A stretch of DNA of 63,685 nucleotides, the filler included, from an uncultured archaeon (GTDB lineage: Archaea; Iainarchaeota; Iainarchaeia; Iainarchaeales; 1-14-0-10-31-34), in NCBI GenBank assembly GCA_964442255.1. It is 4 parts of 4 records of this genome, joined end to end, with 100 filler letters (N's around TTAATTAATTAA, not from the genome) between each part and the next. Parts side by side here need not be neighbours in the genome. Positions count along the whole stretch, not along the records: positions 1 to 25,619 come from CAYTYC010000021.1; 3 more parts are not named here. One strand, 5' to 3'. The translations under genes were made by a program, and so were the position numbers. The notes under the pieces were generated by a model that saw nothing but the letters and a program-made list of their open reading frames with translations, was not told the origin of the DNA and made no database searches. This document shows, piece after piece, positions 1 to 8,349 of this stretch (within the stretch, counting starts at the first letter, position 1; each line of letters starts with the position of its first letter).

Positions 1-111
1 GTTTTTTGTCCAGAAAAGCAAACAAAATTTTATGCTTGCCTTAAACAAATTTGACAGGGTTGGCAGATGCCCGTTTCACTAAAACTATTAATGCTTTTCT
101 TCCCTTTTTAT

Positions 112-1116
112 ATGGAAATGCTTTTTGATTTCGCCCTTAACCTGCTTTTCCTTGCAGTCCTCCTTGTGCTCTCCGGCTTTTTCTCCATGTCCGAAACCGC
201 GCTTGTTTCCCTTGACCGCCTGCGCCTCCGCCAGCTTGTAAGCGAAAACAGGAAAAACGCGCTTCTCGTGAAGAAACTCAAGGCAGACCCTCACAAAATG
301 CTGATAACGATTTTAATTGGAAACAATTTGGTGAATGTTGCCGCCTCCGCAATTGCGGCGGTTCTCGCGGTCGGGGCTTTTGGCTCTTTGGGGGTGGGAA
401 TCGTGACTTTTGCGTTGACCCTGATTATTTTGGTGTTCGGCGAAATTACTCCCAAAAGTGTTGCCACAAGCCATTCTGAAAGGATTTCCTTGTTTGTTGC
501 AAGGCCCCTTTATTTTCTTTCCAGGCTTCTTTCCCCCTTAATTTTTTTCCTTGACTGGATTTCTACTCTGATAATGTTTTTGGTTGGATTGAGGAAACGC
601 CACCCTGACAGGAAGCTCACTGAAAACCAGTTAAAGGATTTGGTGGAGTTGGGCGCAAAGGAGGGCGCGATAGAGCACGAGGAAAAAGAGCTTGTCCACA
701 AGGTGTTCAGGTTTGGGGACATAAGCGTTAAGGAGATAATGAAGCCGAAAAAGGACATGATGTGCCTGGACGCCGACAAAACATTGCGTGACGCGTTGGG
801 CGTGATTATTGCCTCCGGGTTGACCCGTTTTCCGGTCTACCGCGGTTCTCTGGAAAATTTTGCGGGAATACTGAACACAAATGATTTGCTTCGTTTTGTG
901 CGGGAAAAAAAGCTGGACAAAAGAGTCGGGGACGTGATGGTTTCTCCCTTGTTTGTTTCCCAGAACGAAAAAATTGACGACGTAATGGAAACCTTTCAGG
1001 ACACCCACCGCCACATGGCCCTTGTATTGAAGGCCCCGGGAAAGGTTTCCGGCCTAATTACCCTTGAAGACATTATTGAGGAACTGGTTGGCGAAATACA
1101 GGATGAAACAGATTAA
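112..1116 (+). CDS. CNNM/DUF21 + CBS domain membrane protein (CorB/TlyC hemolysin-like, putative Mg2+ transport)
   Basis: SGFFSMSETAL, ITILIGNNLVN and FGEITPKS motifs of DUF21, followed by a CBS pair ending GLITLEDIIEELVGEIQDETD. Start moved from 67 to the ATG at 112. Confidence 0.9.
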   Translation: MEMLFDFALNLLFLAVLLVLSGFFSMSETALVSLDRLRLRQLVSENRKNALLVKKLKADPHKMLITILIGNNLVNVAASAIAAVLAVGAFGSLGVGIVTFALTLIILVFGEITPKSVATSHSERISLFVARPLYFLSRLLSPLIFFLDWISTLIMFLVGLRKRHPDRKLTENQLKDLVELGAKEGAIEHEEKELVHKVFRFGDISVKEIMKPKKDMMCLDADKTLRDALGVIIASGLTRFPVYRGSLENFAGILNTNDLLRFVREKKLDKRVGDVMVSPLFVSQNEKIDDVMETFQDTHRHMALVLKAPGKVSGLITLEDIIEELVGEIQDETD

Positions 1117-1227
1117 TTGATGAATTGATGAGGGCCGCATGGCCCTGCTTATTGAAGCCAAAAAAAATAAAGCAGTTAGGCATAAACCCGGGTTGTTTTT
1201 GGGGTTTTTTTTTTGGCCCTTAAAAGA

Positions 1228-2034
1228 TTAACCTGTTTTTTCAACAGCCTTCCTTGCATGCCTTTCCTCTATCTTTGGGCTTAAGTCTTTTTCCGCGTTC
1301 ATTCCAGCTTCCCGCAGCAGATTGATTCCCGCGCGCATGTCCTTCAATTCAAATGTTTTTTCTGCCACAACTTCAAACGCTTCCCCGCCCCAAACCCCGT
1401 CAAAGAACGCGAACTTTTTCCGTTCCTGCAGGATTTCTTTTGTTTCCCTTTCATTGTATGGCCCGAACTCAATTTTTTCTGCGGAAAGCCTGCTTTTAAT
1501 CCGGTCATCCAGGAAAGAAAACCAGTCCCGGTTGTTTGAAATCAAAATAACGCTTTTTTTTCCCAAATCCTCGAGCAAAGAATAAAGGAAAGAATATTCT
1601 TCCGCCTTGTCCACCTCGTCAAACACTAACACTAGTCCGTTCCTGTTTTTCACGCTTTCAGAAATCTTTTGGCTCATTGCCGCGGAATCAATTTCAAAGC
1701 TTACGCTGTACCCTAAATCCTTGAGCGCTGATTTGAGGATGTTTTTTGAATCAGTTTTTTTCCAGCAGTTCACGTGGCTTACAGCCACTCCATCGTTTTC
1801 TTCCCTGAATTCCTCCAGTACTCTCCGTACAGCATGCGTTTTTCCTATTCCGCTTTTTCCCGTAATCAGCAGGTTTCTTCCCCTTTTTCCCTGCGCAAGC
1901 GGCTCAACCGCTTCGGCCACCATTTTTTGGTGGCTTTCCCTGAAGGGAAGAATTTTTGGGACAAAATCTGAATCCAGGGAATCAATGTTGCTGAAAAGGC
2001 TTTCCTCTTCCCCAAGCTTTTTCAGGCGTTCCAT
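1228..2034 (-). CDS. cdc6: Orc1/Cdc6-family AAA+ ATPase, short form without the C-terminal winged-helix domain
   Basis: N-terminal LDSDFVPKILPFRE, Walker A GKSGIGKT, Walker B VFDEVD, LDDRIKSRL and FGPYN motifs. Only 268 aa. Confidence 0.85.
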   Translation of the reverse strand: MERLKKLGEEESLFSNIDSLDSDFVPKILPFRESHQKMVAEAVEPLAQGKRGRNLLITGKSGIGKTHAVRRVLEEFREENDGVAVSHVNCWKKTDSKNILKSALKDLGYSVSFEIDSAAMSQKISESVKNRNGLVLVFDEVDKAEEYSFLYSLLEDLGKKSVILISNNRDWFSFLDDRIKSRLSAEKIEFGPYNERETKEILQERKKFAFFDGVWGGEAFEVVAEKTFELKDMRAGINLLREAGMNAEKDLSPKIEERHARKAVEKTG

Positions 2035-2137
2035 GCCTTATTTTGTGCCGTAAAATGGTTTTATTCCTATTCCTTCGTCAATCCCTTAAAAAATTAGCCA
2101 AAGGCCCCTTTAAATAAAAAGGCTGAATTGGAGAGCT

Positions 2138-2293
2138 TTACGCGCTCTCCTTTTCTTTTTTGGACTTGTTTGTCTTAAAATTAGCGAACGGCCTGTACTT
2201 GGTTTTTGTCCACGCCGTGGGCTGTTTTTTTCTCAGCTTGAATTCTTGTTCAAGCAGTTTCAGCCTTAATTCCTCTGATGGTTCTGACAGCAT
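2138..2293 (-). CDS. Putative small basic protein (51 aa, MLSEPSEELRLKLLEQEFKLRKK...)
   Basis: Read by hand. ATG lies 8 nt after the TRAM gene stop, open to TAA at 2138-2140. Below the ORF-track cutoff. Confidence 0.4.
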   Translation of the reverse strand: MLSEPSEELRLKLLEQEFKLRKKQPTAWTKTKYRPFANFKTNKSKKEKESA

Positions 2294-2301
2294 TTCCTTT
2301 T

Positions 2302-2763
2302 TCACTCTCCTTTTTTCTTTTCCTCGTTTGGCGGTTCTTCAGCTTCCCCGGCTTTTTCCTCTTCTTCGGCCTGTTCTTCCTCAGGCTTTTCAGCTTCAAT
2401 TTTTTCATTTTTTTCGGGTTCTTCTTCCTCTGCAGCGTTTTCCTCTTCGGGTTCTTCACTGCCTTCATCTTTTTCCTTTTCTTCCCCTGGTTCATCTTCC
2501 TGTTTTTCCTCTGTTTCTTCCTGTTCTTCACCTGTTTTTTCTGCTTCCCCTACCACTTCACCAAAGGAAACCTTTCCCCGGACTGCGTTCACTTTAACTT
2601 TTACTTTGTCTCCTTCCTTTGTTCCTGGCACGACAATCACAAAGCCTTTAATTTTGGCTATGCCGTCCCCTTTTTCCCCTACTGCCTCTATTTCCACATC
2701 ATATGTTTCGCCTTCTTTAACTGGCGTGGTTTTCTGGAAACCCCTGTTTTCCTCGAATCTCAA
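2302..2763 (-). CDS. TRAM-domain RNA chaperone (archaeal cold-shock-like) with a long acidic tail
   Basis: PVKEGETYDVEIEAVGEKGDGIAKIKGFVIVVPG is the stand-alone archaeal TRAM signature. GGAGG RBS precedes a TTG start. Confidence 0.9.
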   Translation of the reverse strand: MRFEENRGFQKTTPVKEGETYDVEIEAVGEKGDGIAKIKGFVIVVPGTKEGDKVKVKVNAVRGKVSFGEVVGEAEKTGEEQEETEEKQEDEPGEEKEKDEGSEEPEEENAAEEEEPEKNEKIEAEKPEEEQAEEEEKAGEAEEPPNEEKKKGE

Positions 2764-3001
2764 TTTAAAAAACCTCCTTATTCAACTCCCATTAAACCCC
2801 TTTTAAACCAGAAAACGGTCTTATCTGCCCGATCTGGTTCAAACAAAAAGCAGGTTAATGTGGGAACACTTTACATAGTAATATATGCCTTGTTCTGCTT
2901 TTAAATCCTTCGTTTTTTCGTTTTCTGCCGAAACCGCGGCTTTCGGGTTATGCTGAAGGCGGTTTTTGGTAAAACCTTTTCCCAAAATGTTTGCATTAGG
3001 C

Positions 3002-3111
3002 ATATCCGGGGCTTGCTTTTGGTCAGCCCCCCTGACAGTTTCCCCAGTTTTTCCATGTCCTCAACCGCCACCCAATGTCCGGGGCTTGCTTTTGGTCAGC
3101 TCCCCTGACAG
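3002..3111. repeat. Repeat-insert-repeat unit: 37-bp direct repeats (3002-3038, 3075-3111) around a 36-bp unique segment
   Basis: atatccggggcttgcttttggtcagcccccctgacag vs atgtccggggcttgcttttggtcagctcccctgacag (2 mismatches). Internal hairpin potential (ggggct/agcccc, gtcag/ctgac). Confidence 0.85.
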
Positions 3112-3172
3112 GGTTTTCCTTTTGCAAAATATCCTTTTAAATGTTTGGGGAAGTTTTTTCTTTTAGGTTGAA

Positions 3173-3388
3173 ATGAAATCCAGGAAGCTGCCCCCTGAAG
3201 GCAAGAAAATAGTCAAACCCGAGGACAGGGTTTGGAGGGAATGGTATGACAAGCTCTCCGAGAAAGAGCACGACCAAATGCTTTCCAGGATAGGCCTTTC
3301 CGCCGATGAATTGGACGAATTCAAGCAGGAGATGAAGGAAGACCCTTTGGAGGGGGAAGCCCTCCCCCAAAAAAAAGCAAAAAAATAA
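3173..3388 (+). CDS. Hypothetical protein (71 aa)
   Basis: ATG with an upstream aggttga RBS-like motif, host-like composition, fills the intergenic space. Confidence 0.6.
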   Translation: MKSRKLPPEGKKIVKPEDRVWREWYDKLSEKEHDQMLSRIGLSADELDEFKQEMKEDPLEGEALPQKKAKK

Positions 3389-3395
3389 GTAAGCC

Positions 3396-3755
3396 TCAGT
3401 CCTCAACCTTCAGCCCCAACTTCTTTTTGTGCTCCTTAAGCACGTACCTGTAATCCTGATAATGCTCAAGCACTTTTACTATAACCGGCTGTTCCCCAGG
3501 CCGTGTCATCTGTTTCTGGTAAATGTCAAAATAAAACTTTTTTGTTTCATTTGGCTGCACCTTATTCAGGCGCTTGGTTTCACTGCTTTTCAGCCCGCCC
3601 TTGTCCAGCGCCAGCTGCCTGGTTAAATTCAGCTCCAGGGAAAGGTCTTTTTCCTCTTGGCCCCTGTTGATTATTTCCACGGTCAGCGAAACAGGTGCCC
3701 TTCTCTTCAGGCTTAGCCTGTAAGGGTTAAAGTAAGTGTTGATTGAAACTGCCAT
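3396..3755 (-). CDS. Hypothetical protein, probable Ig-like beta-sandwich
   Basis: GGTGAG RBS upstream. Alternating beta-strand pattern (LTVEIINRG...VQPNETKKFYFDI). Confidence 0.7.
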   Translation of the reverse strand: MAVSINTYFNPYRLSLKRRAPVSLTVEIINRGQEEKDLSLELNLTRQLALDKGGLKSSETKRLNKVQPNETKKFYFDIYQKQMTRPGEQPVIVKVLEHYQDYRYVLKEHKKKLGLKVED

Positions 3756-4188
3756 CTGCGGCTCACCCCATTAAAAAAGGTGATAAATGTTTTTTAATTA
3801 ATGGGAAAGCCTTAAATTCACTCCAAACCATTATTATGTAGATGTCACAAAGGGTCAAGTCAATCCGGAGCAGGGAGGACATTCCCGGGGAAAATTTGGT
3901 CAAGCTTACCCGGGAAAGCCTTCTTATCCCGAAAGGCAGCGGGAAATGTGGAGGGCTTGGCTTAAAAGGGCTGAATACAGGCGCCTAAGGCCCTGACCTT
4001 TAAATACAACTGCGTGCATGTCTGCCCGAGGTGCGCAACTTCTGTGAGCTGACCTTTTTAAGGCCCTGGCCTTTAACCTTAACGCCAAGAAGCCTATAAC
4101 CTAAACTTTGTTAGGTTATAGATGAATTGGCATAACCTAACAATAGATTTATAAAAACAATAAGGGTAAAATAAATAAGGTGTAAAAA

Positions 4189-4608
4189 GTGAAATACAGT
4201 TTTGATAAGAGTGCCCATTCCGTTTATACACTGAACTACCATTTTGTTCAGTGCATCAAATACAGAAGAAATGTTTTAGATTTTCCTGAAATAATTGATG
4301 AACTGAAGTCAAGAACGAAAAAGATAGCAGAGAGCTATGGCATTGATATTTTGAGCATTGAAACCGATTTAGACCATGTTCATATTCTATTCAAGTGCAA
4401 GCCACAGACTAACCTAATTAAGTTTGTGAACAATTGGAAAAGTGCAACCTCAAAAGTTCTGCAAAGAAAATTCAAAAAACAGATAAAGAGCAAGTTATGG
4501 AAAAACACTTTTTGGAGTGGAAGCTATTGTTTGATAACAACAGGGCAGACAACATTAGACCAAATAAAAAAGTATGTTGAAAGTCAAGGGAAGGGAAAAG
4601 AATTATGA
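4189..4608 (+). CDS. tnpA: IS200/IS605 Y1 HUH transposase
   Basis: HSVYTLNYHFVQCIKYRR, HUH motif DHVHIL, LWKNTFWSGSY, catalytic Tyr in KKYVESQ. Confidence 0.96.
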   Translation: MKYSFDKSAHSVYTLNYHFVQCIKYRRNVLDFPEIIDELKSRTKKIAESYGIDILSIETDLDHVHILFKCKPQTNLIKFVNNWKSATSKVLQRKFKKQIKSKLWKNTFWSGSYCLITTGQTTLDQIKKYVESQGKGKEL

Positions 4609-5759
4609 TGGCATACAAGTTTAGGTTGTATCCAACAGTTCAACAAGAACCGATGTTGCTAAAAACATTTGATTTGTGCAGGTTCACATATAACCAGCTT
4701 TTAGAAATGCTGAACAAACAAGAAAAGATAAACAGAGGAGAAATTCAGCATACTCTTGTTGCTTTGAAAAAACAACACCCAGAACTGCAAGAGGTTTATT
4801 CAAAGACTTTGCAGTATGAGTGCCATCGCTTGTTTGGCAATCTGCGAGCATTAAGCAAATTAAAAAAGCAAGGGAGAAAAGTTGGAAGGTTGCGATTCAA
4901 GGGAAAGGAGTGGTTCAAAACTATTCAGTTCAATCAATCAGGATACAAGCTAACTAAAACAGGTAAAAGGCACGATAAACTGGAGCTGTCAAAAATTGGT
5001 TCGCTGAAAATAAGATGCCACAGAAAAGTTTTAGGGAAAATAAAGCAAATAACAATCAAGAAAACTGCTGGAAAATGGTATGCAATTCTGGTAACTGATA
5101 CAGTTCGCAAACTCAAGAAAGGAACAAAAAGTTTGGGAATTGATTTGGGCATAATCAATTTTGTTGCAGACAGTGAGGGAAACAAAATCAGTTCTCCCTT
5201 ATTTTTGAAAAAGAGTTTGAACAAAATAAAACAAGCATACAAGGATTTGAGCAGAAAAAAGAAGGGAAGCAATAACAGGCAAAAAACAAGGCAAAGGCTT
5301 GGCAAGCTATTTGAAAAAGTTGAAAACCAGAGAAACGATTTTCTGCACAAGGTTTCCACTAACTACATTCAAGAATGCAATACGCTTGTTCTGGAAAAAC
5401 TGCAAATCAAAAACATGGCGAGAAAGCAAAAATATTGGAACAAGAGAAATTTTATGGATTGTTCTTGGGGCAAATTCATTTCTATGCTGAAATGCAAGGC
5501 TGAAAGTGCTGGCGTTGAAGTGCTTGAAGTGAACCCGAAGAACACAAGCAAAATGTGCAGCAATTGCGGAATGCTGCAAAAAATCCTATTATCGCAAAGA
5601 ACATACTCTTGTGAATGTGGGCTGGAAATGGATAGGGATGTAAATTCCGCTAAAAACATATTGGCTTTGGGACAAGGCTTTGTGGAGAACGAAAGCAAAG
5701 TAAGTAGTTCTATGAAGCAAGAAGCCATATCCTCAACAGGAGATGCAATCTCATGTTAG
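4605..5759 (+). CDS. tnpB: TnpB RNA-guided endonuclease
   Basis: AYKFRLYPT N-terminus, RuvC-I GIDLG, RuvC-II VLEKL, zinc finger CSNC...CECG, RuvC-III DRDVNSAKNI. All three catalytic acids are present. Confidence 0.96.
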   Translation: MMAYKFRLYPTVQQEPMLLKTFDLCRFTYNQLLEMLNKQEKINRGEIQHTLVALKKQHPELQEVYSKTLQYECHRLFGNLRALSKLKKQGRKVGRLRFKGKEWFKTIQFNQSGYKLTKTGKRHDKLELSKIGSLKIRCHRKVLGKIKQITIKKTAGKWYAILVTDTVRKLKKGTKSLGIDLGIINFVADSEGNKISSPLFLKKSLNKIKQAYKDLSRKKKGSNNRQKTRQRLGKLFEKVENQRNDFLHKVSTNYIQECNTLVLEKLQIKNMARKQKYWNKRNFMDCSWGKFISMLKCKAESAGVEVLEVNPKNTSKMCSNCGMLQKILLSQRTYSCECGLEMDRDVNSAKNILALGQGFVENESKVSSSMKQEAISSTGDAISC

Positions 5760-5790
5760 GTTATGGTAGTTCACATACAACTGCCCAATC
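5690..5790 (+). ncRNA. Predicted omegaRNA/reRNA 3' region overlapping the tnpB end; guide begins at 5775 (atacaactgcccaatc...)
   Basis: Inferred from established IS605 architecture plus the right-end hairpin and TCAC boundary seen here. The 5' boundary is not determined. Confidence 0.55.
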
Positions 5791-5910
5791 CTCTACGGGA
5801 ACTTCTACAAGCCGCACTGACCTTTGCCAAAACCCTAACCTTTAAATACAACCTTTGAATTATCTATTACCAAAGGAAAAACTTTTTTTCCCCGATGGCG
5901 GCGCAAAAAA

Positions 5911-6384
5911 ATGGCTGAATTCCCTGAATCAGAGTTAATACGAAAAACATTCATTGTCCGTGAAATGGACCTTCCCCCGAATGTGAAGCTCACCAGGCGT
6001 TCCCTGCTCCGCTGGTTTGCGCTCGGTTTTGGCTTAATCTCTGAAAAAGAATCCCGCACAACAGTGTTTGAAATCCTTGATGCACTCTTTACTTTAACGC
6101 TTTCCAAAAACCAGCCCCCCACAACGCCGGAGGTGCGGGCCTTCATTAAGGAGCGCTCAAAAAAAAAGGTTTCTGAAAAGCTTATCCGCTACCATTTGAA
6201 CAAACTAATTGGCCTCAATATCCTCCAAAGAAAGAAAATGCGCTATTCCTTCAACCCGTCCCCGAATGCGGAGCGCGAGGATTTGAAAAGTGCCTTCAAT
6301 TTCCACGTCACAAATTCCCTCCAGAAAACCGCAACAAATTTGGAGGAAGTCTTCCGCTCCCTTTCCGAGAGCTATAAAAAGTAA
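5911..6384 (+). CDS. Conserved archaeal winged-helix protein, putative regulator
   Basis: LLRWFALGFGLISEKESR and helix-turn-helix-like VSEKLIRYHLNKLIGLNIL. TATA box tttaaata at 5841-5848. Confidence 0.7.
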   Translation: MAEFPESELIRKTFIVREMDLPPNVKLTRRSLLRWFALGFGLISEKESRTTVFEILDALFTLTLSKNQPPTTPEVRAFIKERSKKKVSEKLIRYHLNKLIGLNILQRKKMRYSFNPSPNAEREDLKSAFNFHVTNSLQKTATNLEEVFRSLSESYKK

Positions 6385-6402
6385 TTCCTTCGTTTGCTTT
6401 TT

Positions 6403-7215
6403 ATGCCTGCAATAATTGTCTCAAAAACCGATTTGGCAGGATTGAACATAAAAAAACAGCTCACCGAAAACTTTTCCTTCAAGGAAACCGGAAAAGAGTT
6501 CGACGCAAACCCGGTTCTCTCAAACGGGAAACTCGAACTCTTCACAATAAACGGGGCCCAGATTTTTGCCGATTCGGTGAATCGCATTGAAACGGACCTG
6601 TTCATTTTCGCCTCCCGGCACAAGTCAGCCTCCGAAAAACCCACTTTAACAGCCCACCCCATCGGAAACTTTTCCGGGGCTGAAATGGGGGGAAAAGACT
6701 CAACTTTAATTCCCACCTCCGCCCTCGCATTAAAGTATTTCCTCCTCGCGCTCCAGGCCCGAAAGGAATCCAAAAGCCTTTCCTATGAAGTGTCCCTTGA
6801 ATGCACCCACCACGGCCCTTTCCTAACCAGGCCGGCTGTTTTCGTTGAGCTGGGCTCAAGTGAAGCGCAGTGGAAAGACGAAACCGCCGCAGAATCCGTG
6901 GCTGAAACAATATCCTCTTTTTCTCCCGCAAAAAACGATTCCAAAATTTGCATTGGCTTCGGCGGAGGCCATTACTGCCCGTCCTTCACCCAAATTGAAC
7001 TCCGCTCTGGCTTCGCTTTCTCCCACATCATGCCTAAATACGCTTTCCCTTCATTAGGCCGGGAAATAATCCGCCAAATGGTTTCCTCCACAAAGGAAAA
7101 GGTTTCCTTCGCTGTTTTGGATTGGAAGGGCCTGGGAAAGGAAAAACAAAAGCTTGCCTCCTTGTTGGAGGGGGAGGGGCTGGAAATAATCCGTTCAAAG
7201 GATATTGAAAAATAG
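6403..7215 (+). CDS. dtdA: D-aminoacyl-tRNA deacylase (archaeal DTD2)
   Basis: FASRHKS, LTAHPIGN, LECTHHGP, FVELGSSE and GFGGGHY motifs. Confidence 0.93.
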   Translation: MPAIIVSKTDLAGLNIKKQLTENFSFKETGKEFDANPVLSNGKLELFTINGAQIFADSVNRIETDLFIFASRHKSASEKPTLTAHPIGNFSGAEMGGKDSTLIPTSALALKYFLLALQARKESKSLSYEVSLECTHHGPFLTRPAVFVELGSSEAQWKDETAAESVAETISSFSPAKNDSKICIGFGGGHYCPSFTQIELRSGFAFSHIMPKYAFPSLGREIIRQMVSSTKEKVSFAVLDWKGLGKEKQKLASLLEGEGLEIIRSKDIEK

Positions 7216-7290
7216 CCGTTATGTAGAAATAAGAACCAGCGGTTCCCATAATCCAAAGCCTGCCGGATAACCTGTGGTTCCATGATTAAC

Positions 7291-8349
7291 TTATAACTGC
7301 TCTGCCCATTCCCTTGTTTTTCCGAACAAAAAATATTTCTTTTTTTTCAGTTCCCCTAAATTTTTCGCGCCCACAAGGAACATCGCTGTTTTGATTTCCT
7401 TTTTTTTCTGTTCCAGATACTTTTCTGCCCCCCTTCCTTGTTTGTTACCGCCTTTTGCCTGCGCCTTCAGGGCAGGCAGCGCAATTTCGCCCAAATCCGC
7501 CCCCAAAACCATTGATTTCACCACATCCAGGCCGTTTCTTATGCCCCCGGATGCAATTATTTTGCCCTTGAAATGTTTTCTTACGGCTAAAACGCTTACC
7601 GCAGTCGGAACACCAAAATCCCAGAAAACCTTTCCCAGGCCCCTGTGCCCCCGCAGCGAGTCTATTCCTGCCCAGGAGGTTCCTCCCGCCCCCGCAACAT
7701 CAACCGCTTTTATCCCTGTTTTTTCCAGTTCCTTTGCAATTCCCGCGCTTATTCCGTGGCCCACTTCTTTCACGTAAACAGGCTTTTTTATTCCCCTGAC
7801 TGTTCGCTTAATTTCTTTTATGCAGTCCCTGAAGTCTGTGCTTCCCTCAAACTGCATTGCCTCCTGCGCAGAGTTCAGGTGCACAGCCAATGCGTCCGCG
7901 CCAACGTCTTTCAATGCATGATTCAATTCCGTGTTGCTGTATTCCCTTAACTGCGTTGCCCCGATGTTTCCGGCCAAAAAAATTCCTGGCGCAACGTCCC
8001 TCACAAAATAGGTTTCCCGCAGCTGCCGCTCCTCAAGCATTGCCCGCATGCTTCCCAACCCCATTCCAATCCCCGTCCTTTCGCACGCTTTTGCGATGTC
8101 CTTGTTTATTTTCTTCGCCCTTTCCGTTCCCCCCGTCATCCCTGAAACCATTAAAGGCGCGGAAAATTTTTTTCCAAGAAACTGCGTTTCTGTTTTCACT
8201 TCCTTTAAATCTATTTCAGGCAGCGATTTGTACTCCGGTTCAACGTCTGAAAATCCGACTTCCTCCAGCCCTGTGCTCTTTTCCCTGAACTGCACGTTTT
8301 TTGAAAGGCTGATGTTTATGTGTTCCAGTTTCCTTTTTTTTATCTTCAT
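7291..8349 (-). CDS. fni: Type 2 isopentenyl-diphosphate isomerase (IDI-2)
   Basis: RKLEHI, SGMTGG, GLGSMR, HLNSAQE, VKEVGHG, AGAGGTSW, ASGGIRNG. Confidence 0.96.
   Translation of the reverse strand: MKIKKRKLEHINISLSKNVQFREKSTGLEEVGFSDVEPEYKSLPEIDLKEVKTETQFLGKKFSAPLMVSGMTGGTERAKKINKDIAKACERTGIGMGLGSMRAMLEERQLRETYFVRDVAPGIFLAGNIGATQLREYSNTELNHALKDVGADALAVHLNSAQEAMQFEGSTDFRDCIKEIKRTVRGIKKPVYVKEVGHGISAGIAKELEKTGIKAVDVAGAGGTSWAGIDSLRGHRGLGKVFWDFGVPTAVSVLAVRKHFKGKIIASGGIRNGLDVVKSMVLGADLGEIALPALKAQAKGGNKQGRGAEKYLEQKKKEIKTAMFLVGAKNLGELKKKKYFLFGKTREWAEQL

Larger units (their letters stand above)
4077..5774 (+). mobile_element. IS200/IS605-family insertion sequence (tnpA + tnpB)
   Basis: Inserted 3' of TTTAA (4072-4076) with no TSD. 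Left-end hairpin ctataacctaa-actttg-ttaggttatag, right-end hairpin ending ...tagttcac at 5774. Removing it restores ccctggcctttaa/atacaactgc, matching the sibling repeat at 3991-4013. Confidence 0.93.
3986..5852. repeat. Degenerate three-copy repeat array (core ccctRRcctttaaatacaac); the middle copy is split by the IS200/IS605 element
   Basis: Copies at 3986-4013, 4049-4076 joined to 5775-5784, and 5817-5852. Unique inter-repeat segments at 4014-4048 (35 nt) and 5782/5785-5816 (32-35 nt). Confidence 0.7.

Noticed and set aside
1117..1160. Two TGATGA motifs and a gggcc/ggccc hairpin suggesting a box C/D sRNA
   Set aside because: No properly spaced CTGA D boxes. More likely a terminator region between convergent genes.
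3842..3988. 48-aa ORF or structured RNA upstream of the repeat array
   Set aside because: No recognisable motif or RNA family, and two frames are equally open.
2966..5852. Calling a bona fide CRISPR-Cas locus, or calling the TnpB a Cas12f/Cas14
   Set aside because: No cas1/2/4 genes, only 2-3 degenerate repeats per locus, and the nuclease sits in an intact IS with tnpA and both ends.
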